Source of the DNA: Lama glama
Taxonomy: Eukaryota
Length of the DNA stretch: 64,000 nt
Direction: 5' to 3'
NCBI GenBank assembly: GCA_028534125.1
Contig: CM052825.1
Coordinates: 25,544,001 to 25,608,000, forward strand
The position numbers were made by a program, and so were the translations under genes. This document shows positions 1 to 10,799 of the stretch, piece after piece (positions within the stretch are counted from its first letter, which is position 1; each line of letters begins with the position of its first letter). The notes under the pieces are model-generated. The model did not search any database, was not told the DNA's origin, and worked only from the letters and a program-made list of their open reading frames with translations.

Positions 1-154
1 TACTGCAAGAACGGCGGAACACATGCATGAGTGATATGTGATTGACAGCAAGTGAGGCCCTCCCTGCAGCCTCATCCTCCCGGAGGCACCTGTGATGCCC
101 ACCCTGGGAGGAGGGAAGCCAGACCTGGGTCAGGCCCTGGAGCTGCTGACCTAC

Positions 155-225
155 CTGGGGCAGCGCCTGAACCACCGTGTCCAGCAGGGCCCGCATGCCA
201 GTGGCCATCTTGAGCAGCTTCAGCA
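155..225 (-). CDS. CACNA1H: CACNA1H exon 30 (IVS4 and S4-S5 linker)
   Basis: [23 protein letters not shown]; cctag| acceptor and CAG|GTAGGT donor. Confidence 0.96.
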
Positions 226-469
226 CTAGGGCCGGGAGCCAAGCATTAGCGGGGGGCAGTGGGGTCTCAGGCCAGTCTGACCCTTCCACGGCTGGCCAGA
301 CCCAGACCACTCCCCATCACCAGCACCTGGTCCATTGGTGTGTGGCAAGGAAGGACGCAGTGGGGGTGTGGACAGCGGAGCCCCGCTGAAGGTCCCATGC
401 CAAACTGGCCATCAGCAGAGCCCTCTTGACTGCCCAGGGGCATCTCGGCAGGATGGGCGGGCAGCATAC

Positions 470-603
470 CTCGGGCGATTCGAAGCACACGCATGATGCG
501 GATGATTGTGGGGTTGATGGGCAGTGCTGCGTTCATCTCGATCTCCTCCAGGGTGATACCCATGATGGACAGCAGGACGATGGCCAGGTCTAGCTGGTTC
601 CAT
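470..603 (-). CDS. CACNA1H: CACNA1H exon 29 (IVS3-S4)
   Basis: [44 protein letters not shown]. Confidence 0.97.
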
Positions 604-803
604 CTGGGCCGGGGGGACAGGCGAGGCTCAGTGTCAGCCACCACCTCCTCCTCGGCACCCCCAGCCCTTCAGAGCAAGAGGATTCTCCTCCCTGTCCCCT
701 GGGATTGTTCTGGTGTCACCACAGGGTGGCCTGCACCTCTACAAGGCACCATTACCTCTTCGGGCCTCAGGCTGAGGCTCTCACCCGCCCCTGCCCCACA
801 CAC

Positions 804-913
804 CTGTCCTTGAAGAACCTCCGGAATCCAAAGGCCACCAGCTTCAGCACAGCCTCGAAGACGAAGACGATGGTGAAGACGTAATTACAGTACTTGAGGG
901 CCTCGTCCAGAGA
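804..913 (-). CDS. CACNA1H: CACNA1H exon 28 (IVS2)
   Basis: [36 protein letters not shown]. Confidence 0.97.
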
Positions 914-1707
914 CTGCGGGCGGAGCGTCAGGCTTTGGAGGCACCCTGCTCGGGGTGCCCCTCCCCTCCCTGCCCCCCACCCCCGCCCCGCCTCTCCTCC
1001 AACAACCACACTGGGTGCCCCACCCACCCCGTACCTGGGCCCTGACCACCCTGCCCCATCTCTCTTCTCTGCTGACTTGGAAACCTCTCCTCGCATGAGA
1101 CAGGTCTCTCTGAGACCCAGTCACTACTGGACGTAGGTCTTGCCAGGACAAGGAGGGTCACCTGCATTTACCCTCGCAGCATTTTGAGGATAACCCTCAG
1201 GTGGGGAGAACCTGTCCCTCAGAGCACAGACTCCTGGCCCTGCCTAGACCAGCCCCACCCACAGCCAGAGCAGGGGCCGGCCCAGCACATGAGTCAGCTT
1301 CACATAAAGAGTCAGAGGCTCTCTGCTCCCGGGGAGGACGGGGTCTTTAACGGAATGGTGGAGATGCTACCAGAGGACGTCTCCTGCCCAGTCCCCTCTC
1401 TCAAGTCTAGCTTTTCCTGGACTGTGGAATTCACAGCCTGGGAAGCTGGACTTGGGCACAGTCCCACTGCCCACATTTTGGATCCAACTTCTCTTGGCGT
1501 CGGGGAGGCCCTTGGAGCAGGTGGCTCTGGGAATTTCCACCCGTTTTAAAGGAATGAGGACGCTTTGTTCAAGCCACACCTCGGTGGACCCCATAAACCC
1601 TGGAGAGGGCTGAGGCATGGCTGTAGACCTGGGGCCCCCGGTTCCCCAGGCAGTGGCCCCGCAGGGGGTTATCTCCTGGCTACTGGCCTGCAGGCAGCGA
1701 GCCCCAC

Positions 1708-1859
1708 CTTGGGCTGGTTGTAGTGCTCCATGGACATGGTGATGACGTTGACACCGATGATGAAGGTGATAAAGAGATCCAGGTAGTGGCTGGTGCACAG
1801 GGAGTGGATGGAGCGGCGTGTGGGTGAGTAGTCTGCATAGTAGGGCCGGCGCTGGGCCT
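1708..1859 (-). CDS. CACNA1H: CACNA1H exon 27 (IVS1)
   Basis: [50 protein letters not shown]. Confidence 0.97.
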
Positions 1860-3004
1860 CTGCAGAGAGACGGTGCAGATGAGTGGGGTGGACAGGGCTG
1901 GGCGGGGTTTGGGGGGGCTACCTCCTGCAGGCTGGAGTGTGGGGGTGCTGGGGGAGGGCCGGGGCTCAGACATGGGCCTCAGGGGCAGGTCACCCACCAA
2001 ACTCCTCCACTGCAGGGGCCCCAGCCCCAGGGCAGACCCCAGGAGTGGGCCTGGAAGCGAGACCCCACCTGGGTTCTGCCCGGACCTCGCCCTGATTGGA
2101 GCTCCCAAGCCGGGGCCCATGTGGTCCACTCTCCTGGGCTGGCATCAGGGTTCAGAGACACCTCAGTGATGAAGGGTGGGCAGACGAGAGTTTTCTTGGG
2201 TAGCACAGCCCACCAGATACCCCATCTCCCAGGCTGGGCACGCGCTGCCTTCTGGCTGCCAGGCCCAGTTTCCTTCCACTCCCTGTCCTCCGCGGGGGCC
2301 AGAGGCCAAATGCCCGCTGTCTGGGGTCTGCCCAGTCTATGATCCATCTGAGATTGATGGCTGTGACCTGGGAGTGGGGGTCATGCATCCCCCAGCAAGC
2401 CTGTCTGCACTAAATGCTCCACGTGCAATAACCCTTTAGGGCAGATTGGTGCCTGCTGAGCTCCCACTGGATGAGGGAATAGCCACCACCACTACACAGG
2501 GAACCCACCTCGGCCACAGAACCCCATGGGCGAGGACCAGGGCCCGACGGGAACTGATCCCTCCCTGGGGTCTGCATGCTCCTTGCTCTGGCATGCGGTC
2601 ACTAGAGAGCTCGGCTCAGCTCTTGCAGCCAAAGAGGCCAGTGGCCAGTTGGGCCAGGCCAGCACTGAGGACATGGAGCAGCCAGGAGCCAGCAGGCGTC
2701 CCAGGTGTGGCTGAGAAGCAGTCAAGCATGCAAGCCGGGCAGGGGAACACAGATGAGCTTGGAGGCAGCAGTGTGGACACCAGACAGGCTGGCTGGCAAC
2801 CCTTCCTCCCTCCCGCTGGCACCTGGCACCCACCCTAGCTTCCCATGCCCACCCTGTGGTGGACCCCAGCGGGCTTGGCACCGCCTGCAGTGTCCACCTT
2901 TTCCTGTGGCAGTGGCAGAGGGACGGAGATCAGGCCAGTCCACAGCCCCGTGCAGTGGCCGGCAGAAGCAGGGGGGCTAAGGCATGCGGGGCGGGGGCAG
3001 GTAC

Positions 3005-3022
3005 CTGGGCTGGGGAAAGTGC
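3005..3022 (-). CDS. CACNA1H: CACNA1H exon 26, 18-nt alternative microexon (STFPSP)
   Basis: ttgtctttccag|GCACTTTCCCCAGCCCAG|gtac; frame-preserving; matches the known Cav3.2 III-IV linker cassette. Confidence 0.92.
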
Positions 3023-3670
3023 CTGGAAAGACAAGGAGACGATCTGAGCTGGCCACAGTGGGCAGGGCCAGGAGACTCCACACGGGGCGGGCGGGGCGGG
3101 GGATGCTTAGCAGCCCCTCCTGCAGAAAGCCCTCTTTGCTCCCAAGCTGGGTGGGGTTTTCCTAAGACCTTCTCTCTGTCTTGGATGGCTTTGCTTGCTC
3201 CTCCTTTGGCATGAGAACTCATGGAGGTGAGCCTGCCCTACAGTGATCGAGCTCGGAACTGGGTCTCATTCATCACCTGTGTCTCCTGGGAAGGGACCTC
3301 TGCCTCTTGCTGCAGCTGCCCTCCCCGCCTGGGCCCTTCCTCTGAGGGCAAGAAGAACAAGCAGGCAGAGCTATTCAGTGAGGCTGGGGCTGGGGGGCCA
3401 AAGGGAGCGTGGCCACATGGTGGGCTCCAGGGTGCAGCCACTGAGCTGCTGCCTGGGTGCTGGCTGCATAGCACGGCTCAAGTGCCGGGGAGACCCAGGC
3501 TCGGGCCAGTAGTGGCTGGGTCTCGGAGCTGCCGCAGGCTGGTCCTCTGGTCCCCTGCCACCCTCAGGGACCTCAGGGACAGGCGCACAGGGAGCTGGGG
3601 CAGGTGGAAAGGACCGGGGTGGCACACAGGTACCGACCAGCCACCGCCACCGCCACTGGGAGTGCCTTAC

Positions 3671-3863
3671 TCCTGCGTTTCCTCTCCAGGCGCCGCTGCC
3701 GCTTCTCCTCCCGCCGCCGTGCCTCCTCGGCCTCCTGGTGCTGCCGGCACTTGTGGAAGTTCTCCACCACGACACCCACGAACATGTTGAGCACAAAGAA
3801 GCTGACGATGAGCAGGAAGGAGATGAAGTAGAGCAGCATCCAAGGGTTGTGGTTGGGCACTGG
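3671..3863 (-). CDS. CACNA1H: CACNA1H exon 25 (IIIS6, III-IV linker)
   Basis: [39 protein letters not shown]...RRLERKRR; donor GGA|GTAAGG. Confidence 0.97.
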
Positions 3864-4076
3864 CTGCAGCACAGGAGTGGTGCGTGGGTGCCTGCCGGCC
3901 GGGGCGCCCCTCCCAGGCACAGCCTCGCCTGCAGGGGAGCTCTAGCCCACGATGAGGAACTCTGGAAGTCCTCAGAGGCCAAAGGCGGCCTCTTGGCAGA
4001 GGTTCCCTAAGATGACCAGAGGATACAGGAAGAACGGTCCACTAGGAGGCCCAGGGCTACCCACTGCCCACCGCAC

Positions 4077-4166
4077 CTGCTGGTCTATGCCCACGGCATC
4101 CAGCCCGTCGTACATGATGTTCACCCAGCCGTCCTTGGACGAGAGCACGAACAGGGACATGAGCGC
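4077..4166 (-). CDS. CACNA1H: CACNA1H exon 24 (pore III)
   Basis: [30 protein letters not shown]. Confidence 0.97.
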
Positions 4167-4375
4167 CTGCCAGGCCAGAGCAAGGTGGTGACTGCTGGGC
4201 GTGTGGGCACGGGCTCCCCCAAAGGACCACACCCCCGACCACAGCCTCACTCACAACACACCAAGGTCCTGCCACTCCTGCCTTTCAGACGAGGGCGAAG
4301 CTAGCTGAGACCACTCCCACCAAGCCTGCCCCGACCCTGACCCCTCCCCAGCCCCCAGCCCCCAGTCCCACGTAC

Positions 4376-4501
4376 CTGGCCCAGGTTGTCAAAGTTATAC
4401 TTGCGCCGCACCCAGCGGTAGCGAGCTGCCCGGCACTCGGCCTTAGTGGAGATGTTCCTGGTGTCGGCACCGTCGCAGTAGTAAAACTTCCCTTTGAAGA
4501 G
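4376..4501 (-). CDS. CACNA1H: CACNA1H exon 23
   Basis: [42 protein letters not shown]. Confidence 0.97.
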
Positions 4502-4709
4502 CTGAGCAAGGCAAGGAGGGCACTCGAGGGTCATGCACTGCAACCCCACCTTCCAGATCCGCCCACCTGGGGCACCTGGAGCAGCCAGGCAGAGATTAGG
4601 GTTTCTCTCCCTGTCGGCTGGGGCCTTGGCCCTCCCGGGACTGCTATGCTGTTGCTGACCACCAACCACCATCCTGTGGAGGGACACCCAGGTAAGCAGG
4701 GCCACGAAC

Positions 4710-4836
4710 CTGCACCCCCAGGATGCCAAAGATGATGAAGAAGGCACAGCAGATGAGGACAATGTTTCCAATGGGCCTGAGCGATGATATCAGAGTCTCA
4801 ACCACCAGCTTGAGGCCCGGAGCGCGGCTGATGACC
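4710..4836 (-). CDS. CACNA1H: CACNA1H exon 22 (IIIS5)
   Basis: [42 protein letters not shown]; weak donor CAG|GTTCGT. Confidence 0.96.
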
Positions 4837-5142
4837 CTGGGCGAGGGGCAGAGGGAATGCGCTGTGTGACCCACCCAAGGGAGCAGCCACCAGGACAGGG
4901 CCTAGTGCTGCTAAGACCCCAACCCAAGCTGGCCCCAGTCCCAATCTCCCCTGGACTCCACCTGCCCCACCATCTGGATCCACCCCATCCTGTCCTGGAC
5001 CCCACCTCCACCCCAGCCCCACCCCCCCATCTGGATCCACCCCACCCTATGTCCCTTCCCTGGTCCCACCCCATCCTGCCCCACCATGCCCATCTAGCCC
5101 TACCCCACCCTGCCTTGGCTCCGTCCCACCAGCCCCACCCAC

Positions 5143-5327
5143 CTCAGGGGCCGAAGTGTCCGCAGCAGGCGCAGCACACGCAGGATGCCCAGGATCTTGG
5201 CACCACCGGCTGAGGCCATGGCCACGACGATGTCGACCAGGGACACCAGGACCAGCAGCCCATCCAGCACGTTCCAGCTGCTCTGCAGATAGGCGTGCTC
5301 GCCAGAGACCAGGCCCAGGGCCACTAC
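5143..5327 (-). CDS. CACNA1H: CACNA1H exon 21 (IIIS3-S4)
   Basis: [23 protein letters not shown]...[13 protein letters not shown]. Confidence 0.97.
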
Positions 5328-5443
5328 CTGACAGGCGCAGAGGAGAGGCCCAGTGGAAGGTGGGCTGGTGAGCTGAACAGAGGCCTGGGCCTGGGCCTTA
5401 AGGCCAGAAGGACAGACTCCCGGCCCCCCTGGACATGCTGTAC

Positions 5444-5512
5444 CTTCACCATCATCTCAGCCACGAAGATCGCTGTGAAAATGTAGTTGGAGACGCTGAG
5501 GAAGACGCGCTC
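5444..5512 (-). CDS. CACNA1H: CACNA1H exon 20 (IIIS2)
   Basis: [23 protein letters not shown]. Confidence 0.97.
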
Positions 5513-5590
5513 CTGCAGGAGACAGGACTGTGGGAGGGGCCTGCCACGGCTGCGAGACCCCACCCCTCCCGGACAAGAAGGGCGCCTCAC

Positions 5591-5714
5591 GGTGCTGCCA
5601 GGGTCGATGTCTGGCCTTTCCAGGGCGATCGTGATGCAGTTAAGAAAGATGAAGACGAGGACAACATGATCAAACATCTTGTGAGCGATGATCTTCTGGC
5701 ATGAGATGCGGAAC
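5591..5714 (-). CDS. CACNA1H: CACNA1H exon 19 (IIIS1)
   Basis: [41 protein letters not shown]. Confidence 0.97.
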
Positions 5715-5851
5715 CTGGGGGCCAAGGGTAGGGGGTTAGGGAAGCCCTGGCCAAGCCCTGGCTTCCCAGTCCCTGTGACTCCAGAGGAGGCATGCTAGGC
5801 GCTCACCGAGTGGTGGGGACACAGGGGCCCCCTGTCAGGCACAGCCCTCAC

Positions 5852-5952
5852 CTGTTCTGGGGGGAGAAGAGATACAGGGCCCAGGGCTCTCGGCTCCGAC
5901 AGCACTCGGGCTTGTAGGGCTCCAGCACTTTCTGCAGCCGGGAGCAGCAGCT
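5852..5952 (-). CDS. CACNA1H: CACNA1H exon 18
   Basis: [33 protein letters not shown]. Confidence 0.95.
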
Positions 5953-6359
5953 CTGAGGAGGCAAGGGTTGGGTCCTCAGGGCCCCTCCCAGTCTGGTCAG
6001 CCCCCAGCCTCTCCTGCCCTCAGGCCCAGCCCTGTCCACCCACCCAGGTACTGGGTGAGGGACCCATGCTGGGAGTCCGTGGAGGCTAGGTGAGTGCCCC
6101 TCTCAGATTGAGCCCTCAGCTGGAGCTGGGGCTGACACAGGGATGAATCCCACTCCAGAGCTCCTGGGGGTTCAGCTGAGGCTACATCAGCTGGATCAGG
6201 TCCTGTCCAGTTTGTTCTGCTTCCCTCTCCCTTCTGAGGGCCCTCTGTGAGCACCACACCCCAAGTCACACCTTGGGGAACCAGCCCATGGCCAGAGGGA
6301 AGCAAGGGGCCAAACCAACTCCCCACAACTAGACTGTGATGCAGTACCCCCCAACTCAC

Positions 6360-6776
6360 ATCCTCCACGTCATCATCAAACTCAGCCAGGTCCTCCTTGT
6401 GGCTGTCGATGCGCAGGAAGAATTCGCTGGGCAGGGCTAGCACCTGCCCATTGCAGTCGTGAAACTTAGTGGGCAGCAGGGTGGCCGGCCGTGGGGGCTG
6501 TAGGTCCAGTGTGCTGCGGTGGTCCAGGGACTCGGCACGCCGCAGTGGCGTGGCACGTGTGCCTGGTGAGGCCCCTGCCCCGGGCCTGCCGTCCTCAGCC
6601 TCCTCGTCTGTGCTGCCGCTGCCCTTGCCCTCGCCAGACAGCAGCGACTCACGCTCCCCACGCTGGCTCCGGCGCTTGAGGCTGGGCGCACGGCCCAGGC
6701 TGTTCCAGCTCGAGCGCCGGCTGCTCCAGGCGCTGTTGGGGCCCCAGTGGGTGCAGGGCGAGCTGCGCAGGCTGGA
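6360..6776 (-). CDS. CACNA1H: CACNA1H exon 17 (II-III loop, LRRAESLD kinase site)
   Basis: SSLRSSPC...[18 protein letters not shown]...DDDVED; donor GAT|GTGAGT. Confidence 0.95.
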
Positions 6777-8018
6777 CTGTGGGGAGGGAGCAAGAGTGAG
6801 CAGGCTAGGTCCCCCAAGTACCCCAAACATCGAGCCTCAGGGGTACCCAGCAAAGGGGCCTTTCCTATCCAGTGGTGCCACCATTAACACCTGTAGGTGA
6901 CATCTGTACATAGATCATCTTTCAGGAGCACACAGCCCTGCTCAGGGGATGCTGGCAGCACTGCATCTTCAGTGAGACTCCTCCAGCACATAGTGGGGTC
7001 GACAATGAACTGGAGACAAAGCCAGCCAGTGTCAGAGCACTAAGCAGGCCCCACAGGGCTGCTCGCGGACCAGAGGGTGGGCAAGGGTCATCAAAGGGTC
7101 CGGGACCAGCTACGGACCAGGCATCCAAAGATGCCACTGAGATGCTGACCATGATCTCTCAAGTAGGGCCTCAAATCAGCTTCTCATTGGCATACTCTGG
7201 ACTTGCAAAGAGAAGCTGGGCCATGACCTCAAGAAGTAAACTGGACTGTGACGCAGGGATTTCACCTGTGCTGCACCCATCCCCACTGCCCTCCGTCATT
7301 TTTACCTCCTGGGTCTAGCAGGAGCTGAGCTGGAATCCCCACTCAACAGCCCATCCTCTGCCCTTCAGCTCCTAGCAGCTTGGCTGTGATGCATCTTGTT
7401 GCTAAATCACTCTGCCCATCCAAGGCTCAGCCGTGAAGCTTTTCCCTTACTGACACACACGATCAATCGGTCTTGATAGTTTGCCCATACTTCCTCCGGG
7501 CTCATATCCCCTCCCCCCTCATTAGCTCATCCTGCTCAGCCCACCCCTCTGGGGCTCTTCAGAGAAGCTGGTTTTGGCTGTGTCTGCTGGGGGCGTTGTT
7601 TCCTGGGTTTATCTGGAAAGACTTCAGGGGTTCCAGCTCCACAGGGCGCTGTGGATCGTGACGCATGGAACCCTCCACCCAGCTTCCAAAAACTGTTGTG
7701 TATATTCAGTTTTTATACCTTTTTGCCATCCGTTCTCTATTTTTCCTTCTCATGTACGCTCTGTACCCTGACAGCTTTTATCTTTGATTACAAATTTGGA
7801 AGATAAACTTCCAGCCCAACGTTCTACTTGCCCGTTCGTACTCCTTAGAACAGCAGCTTCTGGCTCTATTTACAGAAAACAAGGCACTCGGGGCCAGAGA
7901 TTCATGGTGTATGACTGTGGGGCATGTGGGACCCTCAATCATCTCTGGGGAAGGCCCTGGGGAACTGAGCAGGTGGAGCCTAAAAGTGCCCAGAGGCCGA
8001 GGAGGGGAGGATCCCTAC

Positions 8019-8227
8019 CAGAGACTTCTGGTCCCCTAGCTGGGGGTCCACGGAACTGCTGCTGCCACGCCGAGAGTCCAGGAGACTGTGGGCTGCGTCC
8101 AGGTGTGGGGAGCTCTTAGGGGTGGGCATGGGTGTGGCTGCCGTGCGCATGATGACGGGAGGGGGCAGGCTGCCCCGGCCCTCCAGGTGCCCGTTGGGGG
8201 TCACCGCCAGTGAGTACATCTTCATCT
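8019..8227 (-). CDS. CACNA1H: CACNA1H exon 16 (II-III loop)
   Basis: [20 protein letters not shown]...[18 protein letters not shown]. Confidence 0.95.
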
Positions 8228-8374
8228 CTGGAGGGGAGGAGGTCACTCAAGGCTGCAGAGCTCCCAGGAAGGAGAGTCTGCCCACCCAGGACTCACCCGC
8301 AGGACTCCAGCTGCACCTGGACCAGGTGGGCAGCATCCCCTCCAGCCCTGCCCCGCCCTCAGCCGCAGGCACAC

Positions 8375-8465
8375 CTGTGGCCCTGAGGCCTCTGAACTTG
8401 TCCAGATCCTCCTCCACATGGGTAGATGTCTTGTCTTCATCTGTGTCAGACCTGTTGGCGTCACC
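8375..8465 (-). CDS. CACNA1H: CACNA1H exon 15 (II-III loop)
   Basis: GDANRSDTDEDKTSTHVEEDLDKFRGLRAT; donor CAG|GTGTGC. Confidence 0.94.
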
Positions 8466-8649
8466 CTGTGCCCATGGAGCAGATGGTACATGTGAGGCTT
8501 CCCTTGGAGGCTGGGGGCGGGTGGGGATGGAAGGGCCCAACAGGTAGAGAACCGAGGCCTCTTCACGTCGGTCCGGGCAGGACTCCTGCACAACATGCCT
8601 GGCTCCCACTGCCTCCCCCTGGAAGCCTCCCTCACCTCATGCCCCTCAC

Positions 8650-8805
8650 CTCGGCCTGGAAACCCTCCACCAGGATGGCCACCAGCAGGTTGAAGAGCAC
8701 GTAGTTGCCAAAGGTCATGAGAGCCACGAAGTAGAGGGCGGCCCAGGAGGAGGTGGAGGCCATGCCGTTGTAGAGAACCACGTTCCAGTCCTCCTGGGTG
8801 AGGAT
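8650..8805 (-). CDS. CACNA1H: CACNA1H exon 14 (pore II, IIS6)
   Basis: [52 protein letters not shown]. Confidence 0.97.
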
Positions 8806-9097
8806 CTGGGGGAGGAGGGGCAGCCAAGCAGCTCAGGCTCAACATGGGGGCCAATGGGGCACCAGGATGGTGGGCATGGCTGTGGAAATGCTGACAGGCC
8901 CTTAGGACCAGAGAGAGCGCTGGACAAGCGAGACCAAGTCCACCTCCCTGGGGCCCAGTCAGTATCCCTGCCACCATCCCCAGCTCTTCACCTGTGCTGG
9001 CCTCAAAGGGGCCTCGGTCAGCTCTGGGGTTGCTCTGAGCAGGGCTGTGGCCCTCCAGGGACCATTTACATCAGGGGATGGTCCTACCAGGTTTTAC

Positions 9098-9215
9098 CTG
9101 GAACACGGTGACAATGGCCCACAGCAAGGAATCAAAGTTCTTCCTGTCAGGGACCGTGTCTCCGGTGTCCGTCTTCAGGCTGAATTTGCAGCCAAATAGG
9201 TGCATACCGAGGATG
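9098..9215 (-). CDS. CACNA1H: CACNA1H exon 13
   Basis: [39 protein letters not shown] read directly from the sequence; AG/GT bounded. Confidence 0.96.
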
Positions 9216-9866
9216 CTGAGGACGGGAGGCAGGGATGCAGTGGGGGTGGGGGTGGGGTGCAGAAGGGGGGAAGGAGAGTGCTCTGCCTGGTCACCTCCAC
9301 ACCCAGCAGCTGCTCCTCTACACCTCCCCCACCAGGCCCCTAGCTTTCTGGTTCACAGGGCCCTCCCATTGTACAGGTGGGAAGACCAAGGCTAGGGGCA
9401 GAAGAAACAACCAGAGGCTCTGGCTTCTGGCAGTGGCCAGGACCGGGACTGTCTCTGCCCCAGCCACTTCCCCGAGGCCTGAGCCCCAGTCCAGGATGGG
9501 CCGCGGCAGGGGCTCAGCAAACATCAATTAAAATCAAGGAACTCCAGCCCAGCTGCCCTGCCATTCCTCTGCATCCCATTATTCTTGCCTTTTCTTTAGG
9601 CGAAGTCCCCAATCCATCCAGCTAGGAGCCTGACCCATCCCCTCCTCAGCTGTGAGCCCACGAGAGCAGAGCCCAGCATCAGTGCTGTTAGAGGAACTAG
9701 CAACTGAGTTTCTGCTGCCACTTGGAGGCTCCCGGGTCTGATGCCAGAAGCACAGGGCTGGTGTGGTGGGAGAGGCCTTCTCTCTGGGGCAGGCACATGT
9801 GCTGAGCCCCAGGCCTTGCCCTCACAGCCAGGCTCGGGGTGGGATGACCCCTCAGCGGGCACCCAC

Positions 9867-10052
9867 CTGAAGATGAAGATAAAGAGCATGAGCAGCATGC
9901 AGAAGGTGGCCACGTTGTCCATGGTCTTCATGAGCACCACCAGCTGGCGCCGCAGCGCGGGCATGAAGCGTACCAGCTTCAGCACCCGCAGCAGCCGGAA
10001 GGTCCGCAGCACCGACAGCCCACCATCCGCTTGCCCAATGATCTCCCAGACG
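9867..10052 (-). CDS. CACNA1H: CACNA1H exon 12 (IIS4-IIS5)
   Basis: [29 protein letters not shown]...LFIFIF. Confidence 0.97.
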
Positions 10053-10799
10053 CTGCAGGTGAGCCAAGGATCAGGTGGGCCTCTCTCTGGCCACGTGTCC
10101 CTGTGCGCACCCTGACCCTGGGATGCCCTCTTCCCAACAACGGGAACAGAGCCCAGGAGCCACTGTGGCCTTTGCTCAACTCCATGTGGGAAGCAGGTTG
10201 GGCTGAGGGATGGAGGCCACATCTCTGAAGCCCCCAATCAGCTGCCATCCCTGGTGGTTGCCCGACCCGCAGCAGCTGCCAGAACCTTGGTGCTGGCCTA
10301 GTCAGTAGCTCCTCAATTAAGGGCCTTTCCCAATCCTGTGTCTTTTAAGCTATGCCTGGCTTGTCTATTCTCATTAGGGTGGGAGAATCCCTTGACTCCT
10401 GAGGGCCCTGCTTCTTCCTGGAGGAGGGAATTCCCCAAGATTATCCTGTTCTTTCTGTGTTGATTTTGCTCCAGCAGATGCCCTGGGGCAAGCTGGCCTT
10501 CCTCGCAGGGGCTGAGCCCTCAGTGGAGTACAGACTCCAGATGAAAGCCTGCCGAGCGCCCACTCTGTTCCTGCAGGGAACAGCTCCACCGGATCCTAGA
10601 AACATCCATCTGAGATGCGCTGACCTACCTGTGTGTACCCGACAGTGCCCGTGGGGAGGGGCAGGGGGCACTGCTCAAGACATTCCCCTTTTGCTTGTCA
10701 TGAAATGCTCCTGGCAGGGCCTCATCCACTGGCTGAGGCTGTTGCCTGAGGCTGGAGCCTCTCAGGCCCCTGTGGGCTGAGCAGGAGGTGGGGACCCAC

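Noticed and set aside
8466-8649. Possible equivalent of the CACNA1G 69-nt alternative exon between GFQAE and GDAN
   Set aside because: The intron is only 184 nt and shows no internal exon with usable flanking introns.
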